Source: a virus
Strand: one strand, 5' to 3'
Virus record (IMG/VR): IMGVR_UViG_3300020474_001461
Coordinates: 1 to 64,000 of that record
Length of the DNA stretch: 64,000 nt
The translations under genes and the position numbers were made by a program. A model generated the notes under the pieces. It did no database searches, had not been told where the DNA came from, and saw only the letters and a list, made by a program, of their open reading frames with translations. Positions 56,829 to 64,000 of the stretch are shown piece by piece (the first letter of the stretch is position 1; the number at the start of each line of letters is the position of its first letter).

Positions 56829-57866
56829 ATGATTTCTTAGATTATTTTCCAAAATGTTAAAAGAATTTCTTAACCAAGAATCTACATTTGCAAATGCTGT
56901 ATATAATTTATCATACATAAACATTTTTTTAAATTCTATCATATTCAACCTATTACCTTCAGAATCCATAATTTCTCTAACATTTGATTTTATAGAAGAT
57001 GATATTTCAGGGTCGTGTAATTGCATTAACTTATGATTTAACTCTATAATATCAGTATTTTCACTTAGTTTTTTTGACAACTTATCATCACACTCTGTAG
57101 AACATTTCTCAATGAATGTGTCTAAAGAAAGTTCATTTTCACCTAAAAAGGTCATTTTTTTCTCTATTGTCTTTATACCAATACCGTTTACACCTTTTAT
57201 ATTATCCGATTTATCACCCATCAAACATCTGTAAAATATTAGATTTTGAGGAGTAACACCATACTCTTCTTTTACCATTTCAGGAGTATAAAGTTTTTTC
57301 TTAGTTAATGCGTAAACAGAAACTCTGTCATCTACTAATTGTAAGAAATCTTTGTCTGATGAACAGATTGTAACTTCATTCTCAAAATAATGATTAGCAA
57401 GATATGCGATTATATCATCTGCTTCAACATAATCTATATATGTTAGTGATAAAGGTAGGATTTGTAAATATTCAATCAGTCTACTGAATTGTTTTCTCAT
57501 CGACACTTCTTGGTCTTCTAAGTCTTCGTATCCTGCTAATCTATTTAGTTTGGTTAAACCCTTTCTACCTTCTTTATATCCCTTGTGTATTTGTTTTCTT
57601 CTATTAGAACCACCCTTACCATCAAATACTATAACAACACGAGTGGGTTTTAATGTACGGATTATTGAGGCGGTGGACAAGAGAAACCCCGTCACACCAC
57701 CACAATGTTCACCGTCATCATTGAGTGCAGGAACTGCTCCAAAACATCTAATGAACTGATTAAGTCCATCGAGTATTAAAACTCTGTCGTTTAAAGATTC
57801 ATCTTTTACTTCGTTATGTTCTATACTTACTTGTTTAAGGAGTTCCTTATATCTGTTATTCATCAA
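56811..57866 (-). CDS. 5'-3' exonuclease / flap endonuclease (T4 RNase H-like)
   Basis: LDGLN, VFDG, YKEGR, EADD, SSDKDFLQL, GDKSDNIKGV.GIG.KT. Confidence 0.93.
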   Translation of the reverse strand: MMNNRYKELLKQVSIEHNEVKDESLNDRVLILDGLNQFIRCFGAVPALNDDGEHCGGVTGFLLSTASIIRTLKPTRVVIVFDGKGGSNRRKQIHKGYKEGRKGLTKLNRLAGYEDLEDQEVSMRKQFSRLIEYLQILPLSLTYIDYVEADDIIAYLANHYFENEVTICSSDKDFLQLVDDRVSVYALTKKKLYTPEMVKEEYGVTPQNLIFYRCLMGDKSDNIKGVNGIGIKTIEKKMTFLGENELSLDTFIEKCSTECDDKLSKKLSENTDIIELNHKLMQLHDPEISSSIKSNVREIMDSEGNRLNMIEFKKMFMYDKLYTAFANVDSWLRNSFNILENNLRNHFDIKK

Positions 57867-58983
57867 AACTTGCTACTTCAACGTTATCAATATTTGCTTC
57901 TGCACTCGATTCTTTGTAAGACATAATATATGAATTACAAATTTCATTGTAGATACTATCTTTCAACTCAGGTCTACTATCTAATAAGTCATCCCAAGTT
58001 TTTGCTTGGAACTTTAGTTCCTCACCTGTTTCTTTATCTACATAGGTATACCAAGCTCCACTCTGAGATACTAACTTATATGTTTTCATCATATTTAACC
58101 ATGAACCATAATTGTCAATACCTCTATCAAAGTAGATATCAAAATCAACTGAACGTAATGGTGGACCCATTCTGTTCTTTATCACTTGTGCTCTTGTTTT
58201 GATACCAACTACTTGGTCTACTCCACCTATTTTAGATTTAAGTTGTCCCATTGATTTTAACCTAATTCTACAAGAAGAGTGGAATGCGATTGCTTTACCA
58301 CCACTTGTAGTCCAAGGGTCACCAAAAGAAACACCTAATCTTGTTCTTAGTTGGTTTGTAAAAATTAAAGAAATTCTCTCTCTACCAATCAAGTTGGTTA
58401 CTTTTCTCATTGCTTTCGATATAATGATTGCTTTTTGAGTTGCGTAACCTGCTTGGTCGTAATCTGCTGAGATTTCTACTTTAGTCGATGCCCCTGCGAC
58501 TGAATCTACAACTATCGTAACTAATTTCTTTTTATCTGACGACCTTACTGACTCTATAATAGAATCAATGGCTTCAAAAATATCTTCAACTGTTTCAAGA
58601 GGGACGTATAACATCGTTTTAATATCAACACCAATCGCTTCTAAAAACTCCATATTACATGCGTTCTCAGTGTCTATATAAACACCAAGACCACCTTGTT
58701 TTTGAGTATCTGCTATTGCATGTGCTGCTAATAAAGATTTACCACTTCCTTCTAATCCTGTAATTTCAGTAATTCTACCAACAGGTAATCCACCATTTGG
58801 TCTGTTTGAAATTGCAAGGTCTAACATTGGTGAACCTGAGGACACCCACCCGTCAAGGTCGGTGGGTGTTTGTTCACCCCCATCTAAAAAGTATGCAACT
58901 TTGTGGTTGGATTTAAACTTTTTGTTCAGGTTGTCAGCCAAGATTGAAGATAGTTCGTCACGAACATTCTTTTTCTTTGCCAT
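57856..58983 (-). CDS. recA: RecA/UvsX recombinase
   Basis: GLPVGRITEITGLEGSGKS, IDTE, VVDSV, FTNQLR, SGGKA, KNR. Confidence 0.95.
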   Translation of the reverse strand: MAKKKNVRDELSSILADNLNKKFKSNHKVAYFLDGGEQTPTDLDGWVSSGSPMLDLAISNRPNGGLPVGRITEITGLEGSGKSLLAAHAIADTQKQGGLGVYIDTENACNMEFLEAIGVDIKTMLYVPLETVEDIFEAIDSIIESVRSSDKKKLVTIVVDSVAGASTKVEISADYDQAGYATQKAIIISKAMRKVTNLIGRERISLIFTNQLRTRLGVSFGDPWTTSGGKAIAFHSSCRIRLKSMGQLKSKIGGVDQVVGIKTRAQVIKNRMGPPLRSVDFDIYFDRGIDNYGSWLNMMKTYKLVSQSGAWYTYVDKETGEELKFQAKTWDDLLDSRPELKDSIYNEICNSYIMSYKESSAEANIDNVEVASFDE

Positions 58984-58985
58984 AT

Positions 58986-59747
58986 TTAGTCGTTAAATAA
59001 GTCGTCAAATGCCTCTTTCACATTACTCGCAGGAGAGGTAGCTTCAGTTTTCTCAGTAACTTCTACTTTAGGTTCTTGTTTCTTATCAGTAACTTCACCT
59101 GTATCTAACCATTCTTTTAACATTCCTTCCATTTCTTCATAAGAAACTTTTTTAAATAATGAAGGAAGTTCAATTTGGTCTTTAGAAGTATCTAATACAT
59201 TCTTATCTTCTGATATAGGAGTTGTATTAGGTTTTACTCTGATGTAAGTTTCAGGATAAGTTTTTCCTAACTCTGCTGCTGTTTTAAATTCAACAGTGAT
59301 ATCTCTACCATTTACAGGGTCAGTTAAATCACCATAATCAGGGTCAGCGAAGAATCCAAGAAGTTCTTGGTATACATTCTTACCGAATCCCCAAAACTTA
59401 ACACCTTCTGATTCCTCACCTCTTACTAAGACAGGAACATAAGTTCTCATCTTTGGAGTAAGTTTTCGTGAAAGTTGATAGTCGTCTCTATTCCCTGTTG
59501 ACCTTAGTTTTTCTGCAAACTCTAATAAAGGGTCTGCCTCACCATGAGAACTTGGACTGATAATGTTCTTACCACCAAATCCAAAATGGAAATAAAGTTC
59601 AATGAACGGGTTAGAGGGATTGTGAACGTAAGGAAGAATCCTTACTTGTTGTTTACCTGGCTGTGGTTTCCACAGATTATCGGTTTTTGTAACTTTTGTT
59701 TGAAGCGAGTTCAAACGGTTTCTAATTGCATCTAAATCAATTGCCAT
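58986..59747 (-). CDS. Single-stranded DNA-binding protein (gp32-like)
   Basis: WKP...VRILP, KFWGFGK, D.TDP..GRD; acidic tail AFDDLFND. Confidence 0.85.
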   Translation of the reverse strand: MAIDLDAIRNRLNSLQTKVTKTDNLWKPQPGKQQVRILPYVHNPSNPFIELYFHFGFGGKNIISPSSHGEADPLLEFAEKLRSTGNRDDYQLSRKLTPKMRTYVPVLVRGEESEGVKFWGFGKNVYQELLGFFADPDYGDLTDPVNGRDITVEFKTAAELGKTYPETYIRVKPNTTPISEDKNVLDTSKDQIELPSLFKKVSYEEMEGMLKEWLDTGEVTDKKQEPKVEVTEKTEATSPASNVKEAFDDLFND

Positions 59748-59787
59748 AATTTTACCTTTTTTAATTATTATTTATTTATGTTAGTCA

Positions 59788-59819
59788 CTAATATACAACA
59801 TTTAGTTGACAAATCCAAA
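59788..59819 (-). promoter_or_regulatory. Bacteroidota-type promoter (SSB-recA operon)
   Basis: TTTGG-N19-TATATTAG. Confidence 0.7.
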
Positions 59820-59893
59820 TGTTTTTTCATTTTTTTTTAATCTTTCAATTCTACTTATATAAATATCAAAATATAATTAGAAAACGTAGATTT

Positions 59894-60763
59894 TTAGAGG
59901 TATTTTAGTCTTGGTTTTACGGTCCACCAACTACTGTCTATAAACCTATGAATACTTTCTTTACCATAGAATTCATCCACTGCTTTTTTGACCCCTGTAT
60001 GACCACCCATATTAACATCGTAGTCATTTCCTGCCATAATTCCACCGTGTTTTAGTTTACGATTGTAAAGTTCTATGTCAGTTCTTACATCTTGATATTC
60101 ATGAGACGCGTCAATGTATATAAAATCAAAATCGTTATCCATAAATTGTTGATATACTTCTTGACTATATCCTCTGACTACATTAACCCGATTCATACCA
60201 TGATTATTTTTATGGTCTCTCCACTCAATCAGATTTTGACCACATCTGTAAAGTACATTGTCCCAAGTTTCTGAAAATTTTTCATTTGCTTCTTCAGGAC
60301 CTTCCCACGGGTCAATAATGTATAATTCATCAAAAATACCTGAAGACATCATCATCCTCGCTGCTTCACCCATATAGGAACCTATTTCTAATGCTTTTCT
60401 ATATCTTGGTCTTTCTTTTTGTTGAGGATGATTTAGAGGTCCACTTCCTGCTTGAAAAAAGTCTTGTGTATTAAAGTGATAATGAGTTTTTTCTAATAAA
60501 TGAACCATACCAAACCAATGGTTGTTATATTTAATACCTCTCCACTCTTCAGGTGGATTAAATCTTAAACTCCATCTATTTGGATTTATTTTTCTTGGGT
60601 CTACGAAGTCTTTACCTCTACCACCAACAGGACGGTGATTGAATCCGATAGGTTTGGTCGTTTTAATATTAGGAATATCGTTTCCTTCTTCGTAAGGTGT
60701 CATTTCTTTGACTGTATAGACGTGTTTCCACTCTATATCATCAAGACTTTCCTGATTTATCAT
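59894..60763 (-). CDS. Class I SAM-dependent methyltransferase (Methyltransf_24-like)
   Basis: LEIGSYMG, IDPW, FDFIYIDASH.Y, LK.GG...GNDY. Confidence 0.85.
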   Translation of the reverse strand: MINQESLDDIEWKHVYTVKEMTPYEEGNDIPNIKTTKPIGFNHRPVGGRGKDFVDPRKINPNRWSLRFNPPEEWRGIKYNNHWFGMVHLLEKTHYHFNTQDFFQAGSGPLNHPQQKERPRYRKALEIGSYMGEAARMMMSSGIFDELYIIDPWEGPEEANEKFSETWDNVLYRCGQNLIEWRDHKNNHGMNRVNVVRGYSQEVYQQFMDNDFDFIYIDASHEYQDVRTDIELYNRKLKHGGIMAGNDYDVNMGGHTGVKKAVDEFYGKESIHRFIDSSWWTVKPRLKYL

Positions 60764-60770
60764 AACTTTT

Positions 60771-61160
60771 TTAATTTACGTTTACTATCCTGAATAAACT
60801 TGTCTTTAATACTTTAAATCCATCACCATCTGTTAGAATCATTGAGTTTCTATAATCTTCCCAATTTACCATATAACTTTTATCAACGATACCACCATTT
60901 AAGTGTGCAATCAAACTATTTAATGCATTTATCGTGTATAATGTGTTTGATTCCTTTTTACGATGTGTTAATATCGTATTAGGTAAAAACTTATTGTTTG
61001 GACTTGGTATAATATTGTAACTCACAACTAATTCTTTTGATGGACTTAATTTCAATATAAATATTTTTCTACTATATAGTTCAAATGAACCATTAACGGA
61101 TTCAAGAATGTTCTCAAACTCAGATTCATTGGTAAATGTACATAACAATTGTGTTCTCAC
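60771..61160 (-). CDS. Hypothetical phage protein
   Basis: QLLCTF, HRKKESNTLYTINALN. Confidence 0.65.
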   Translation of the reverse strand: MRTQLLCTFTNESEFENILESVNGSFELYSRKIFILKLSPSKELVVSYNIIPSPNNKFLPNTILTHRKKESNTLYTINALNSLIAHLNGGIVDKSYMVNWEDYRNSMILTDGDGFKVLKTSLFRIVNVN

Positions 61161-61175
61161 TCATTCTCTCCGATT

Positions 61176-63092
61176 TTACTCTTCACCATAAACATCACTT
61201 TGTGCTTTTTCAAGTCTTTTTGCAAATGATTTTTGATTTAATATCATTTCAAACTTAAATTGACCACCATATCCTCTACCATCTTCTCTAACTTTGATAT
61301 CTGCTACAGGAAATATTTCACCCGATGCTTCAATTTTATATCCAACATATGGTAATGACATTTTAGGTTCACCATTTTTATCAAATGCAGGTTCACCATT
61401 TTTATCTGTTAATTGTTTTGGTGGTTCTGCAACTAAGTTTTCTTTTAACTTTTCATAATCACTCGTTCCAAATATTTTTTCCATTGTTTTCTTATCCAAT
61501 GAATTTGGTCCGATAGCCATTGTTTCTTCACCATCTGATACTGCTTTTAGTGGAAACTCTTTTCTAATATCATTCAACATCCCTTCTTTCATTTTTGGGT
61601 TGTCTACAATTGCTTTTACTGATTTTTTACAGAATTCGACATGATTCTTATCATCGTTATCTTTTATTTCTTGAGCACTACTATTACCATTCTTTGCCAT
61701 CTCTTTAATAGATGTGAATAATACATTTTGTTTATCTCTTGAATTACCTTCTAACGCCTGGTCTAAATTAATACCCTTAGATTCCATTAAATTTCTGATT
61801 GGTTGACCTTTATCTGATTTTATGAAATCTTCTACTTCTTTTCTATTGTTTTTAACAAAGTCAATATTTCTTTGTCTGGCTTTACTTCTATAAACCTTTT
61901 GATTAATTTCATCAGGTAAATCTTTATCCCATTCTTCAAAAGAACCTGCACCTGAATTTAAAAAGTTTACTTTAGTAGATTTCTTCAATGAAATTTCATC
62001 CATTACCTCAGTACCATCTGACTTTCTAACTTTCATGTACATATCGGTTGAAAATCCTTTGTTTTTCTCGTAATCTGATAGTCCCATTGCCTCAACATCT
62101 TTTTTAGTATCCCACGCAGTAGCCACTATTTCGGCACCTTCACCATATTGGTCAGTAATTCTATCTCTAATTGCTTTTCTACTTTGTTTAGTAGCCTCAA
62201 TCCAACTTTTGGTAACAATTCTACTACCTTCTTTTTCCATAGAAGGATTGTTTTCAATTAATTTTTGTTCATGGTCTAATAAACTATTAGAGAACGATTC
62301 AAATTCTTCATCACTCATTGATGTACCCATCATTGTCATAAGTTCACCTGCTTGAGCACTAATTTGTCCCGCACCGCCTGGAATATCACTAAAATGTTTC
62401 CACTTGGTTGCTTTACCTTTTGGTTGTGAGTTCATCATTCTTTCCAAAGCAGTAAAATATTTTTTTGGAAACTTAGCATTTTTAATCAAATCTTTAGGTA
62501 ATTCATATGGTGGTGGTGGAATTGGATTTGCCAACTGTTTGTTTCTTTCACTAAATTCCTCATCACTTGGTGGTAAATCTCTCTGATATTCTTCGGTTTT
62601 TGAAGGGTCACCTTGTTTTAAACTTTTATTCTTATCACCTACATACCCATTTTCTTGTGGTTTTGATTTTTTCGTTTCACCATCTTTAGATTTTGCCTTT
62701 TCTACTTCACCTTTTGATGGAGTTGTATGTTTAGCTGGATTTGGGTTTTTTACCTTATATACATTACCTGTCTTTATGTTTTTGACATAAGTTTTTTCTT
62801 CAATATCTTGTTTTTTATTTTTGAGGTGTCGTTCTCTTTCAGCTGCGGTCATCATATCAAGTTTTTCACTATCAAAGTCTTTTTCCTCACCTGTTTCTTT
62901 TTCTTTCCCTGATGTTTTTTCTATTTCTTGTAAAAATTCGTATGCAAAGTCTTCGTCAACATATTCTGACAAAGTTTCGTATAGAGATTTTAAGAAGTCT
63001 TCAGTATAGATACCTTCGACTAATTTAATATCTATTTTAGACCAAACCTCTTTTAATATTTTATCTATGAATTTAGAATGGGTGTTTCTCAT
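61176..63092 (-). CDS. Large protein with acidic L/I-x-E-rich leader and possible PD-(D/E)xK nuclease core
   Basis: QAGE ... FSTDMY ... DEISLK; leader with ILKE, KLVE, TLSE, FLQE, DIEE. Confidence 0.5.
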   Translation of the reverse strand: MRNTHSKFIDKILKEVWSKIDIKLVEGIYTEDFLKSLYETLSEYVDEDFAYEFLQEIEKTSGKEKETGEEKDFDSEKLDMMTAAERERHLKNKKQDIEEKTYVKNIKTGNVYKVKNPNPAKHTTPSKGEVEKAKSKDGETKKSKPQENGYVGDKNKSLKQGDPSKTEEYQRDLPPSDEEFSERNKQLANPIPPPPYELPKDLIKNAKFPKKYFTALERMMNSQPKGKATKWKHFSDIPGGAGQISAQAGELMTMMGTSMSDEEFESFSNSLLDHEQKLIENNPSMEKEGSRIVTKSWIEATKQSRKAIRDRITDQYGEGAEIVATAWDTKKDVEAMGLSDYEKNKGFSTDMYMKVRKSDGTEVMDEISLKKSTKVNFLNSGAGSFEEWDKDLPDEINQKVYRSKARQRNIDFVKNNRKEVEDFIKSDKGQPIRNLMESKGINLDQALEGNSRDKQNVLFTSIKEMAKNGNSSAQEIKDNDDKNHVEFCKKSVKAIVDNPKMKEGMLNDIRKEFPLKAVSDGEETMAIGPNSLDKKTMEKIFGTSDYEKLKENLVAEPPKQLTDKNGEPAFDKNGEPKMSLPYVGYKIEASGEIFPVADIKVREDGRGYGGQFKFEMILNQKSFAKRLEKAQSDVYGEE

Positions 63093-63104
63093 AACAATAA
63101 ATAT

Positions 63105-64000
63105 CTAAATAATTGTATTAACCATGTTTCCGTAATTATTACCTGATTCGAGTTCAGTAGGAAACCCGTCTTTTTCCATTATTCGTTTAACTTCTTTTAT
63201 ATATTCAATGTCACTTTCGTGTCCATCAAATAGAATAGAATCGTATGTATATAACACGGGTAGTGTTTTTTGACCCATATTCGTTCTACTCAATTTATCT
63301 AATATAAGTATGTTTCTTTCTGTCTCAACCGATTGTAATATATAATTAAACAACTTATTTTTATTAAGTTTTTCATCAAATTTTATTTTTCTTTGTAAAA
63401 TCGGTGTAACAACTTCACGATTTCTTAAAAAATCCATCCATAGTGAATTTATATAATCAGATGTTTTCTTAAAGAATGGAATATCGTAGTATTCATCTTC
63501 CACTCCACCATATAGTTGTCTAAATGTGATTGCTTTTGCGTCTTTGATATCTGCACCATATTGGTCTGCTAACCATTTGTGTGCTTTCACATCTAATGGT
63601 ATGTCGACTCCAATCAATTTTCCAATTAGTCTAATATGATATCCATCAAAATCAAGTTGATACAATTTACCCCCATCAAATCGTGATACAAATCGGTCCC
63701 TAATACCACCTTCTTTTTTTAATGCTGCGTAATTAGTCCCACCAAAAGTGTTTGATGGTCTTGATGTTGTTGTAAGTGAATTATATTGAGTGTATTCTAA
63801 ACCTGATTCAGTTGACAATCCATTCTGTTCTATCCATTGTAATCCTTTTGAATAAAGTTGTGAGAATTTAGAAATTTTTACATCACCGTAAAATTTCTTC
63901 CAATCTTTAAATTGTTCATAATGTTTCCATATAGGTATCAAGTCATTTGCTCTTGGTGCGTTTCTTCGTCTGAATACAGTGTAAATACGTTTCTCTTCTA
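63105..64000 (-). CDS. Family A DNA polymerase-like protein, 5'-truncated by the window edge
   Basis: T.T.RPS, DFDGYHIRL (motif A), KAITFRQLYG (motif B), YILQS.E, YTYDS (motif C); frame stays open to 64000. Confidence 0.8.
   Translation of the reverse strand, partial: EEKRIYTVFRRRNAPRANDLIPIWKHYEQFKDWKKFYGDVKISKFSQLYSKGLQWIEQNGLSTESGLEYTQYNSLTTTSRPSNTFGGTNYAALKKEGGIRDRFVSRFDGGKLYQLDFDGYHIRLIGKLIGVDIPLDVKAHKWLADQYGADIKDAKAITFRQLYGGVEDEYYDIPFFKKTSDYINSLWMDFLRNREVVTPILQRKIKFDEKLNKNKLFNYILQSVETERNILILDKLSRTNMGQKTLPVLYTYDSILFDGHESDIEYIKEVKRIMEKDGFPTELESGNNYGNMVNTII

Noticed and set aside
46829-58983. Inteins or introns in polB, nrdA/B, helicase, recA
   Set aside because: Lengths are normal and motifs are contiguous; no intein termini or LAGLIDADG motifs seen.

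Overview
AT-rich 64 kb segment of a large tailed dsDNA phage (T4-like/jumbo-type replisome), with essentially every real gene on the minus strand and in the standard genetic code. Several independent signals point to a Bacteroidota (Flavobacteria-like) host: TTTG-N~19-TAnnTT(A/T)(G/A) promoters, no Shine-Dalgarno sites, signal peptides cleaved before Gln, and a Cys-x-K-E-E lipoprotein. In transcription order (right to left) the window holds: (i) a replication and nucleotide block (PolA-like, SSB, RecA, 5'-3' exonuclease, helicase, NrdAB, thioredoxin, PolB, sliding clamp, clamp loader) interleaved with glycosyltransferases, a 2OG oxygenase, glf and a DUF1599-like gene; (ii) a ~16 kb sugar-nucleotide/glycosyltransferase island containing an aldolase-CMP-Kdo-synthetase fusion; (iii) a lysis/envelope block (amidase, holin-like protein, outer-membrane beta-barrel, single-pass coiled-coil protein, secreted CxxC-less thioredoxin fold, lipoprotein) plus probable head-packaged proteins with L/I-x-E motifs; (iv) sulfotransferase/2OG-oxygenase cassettes and small ORFs behind promoters carrying phased TTAACA repeats, one with a boxA-like structured leader; (v) GroEL/GroES/J-domain chaperones and auxiliary enzymes. 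No tRNA, rRNA, CRISPR array or intein was recognised. Best candidates for undescribed biology: the beta-barrel/TM/Trx-fold envelope triad, the ulosonic-acid synthesis-activation-transfer pathway, a glycosyl DNA-modification module in the replisome, and the TTAACA-box regulon with its structured leader. All family calls come from motif recognition by eye, not database searches.
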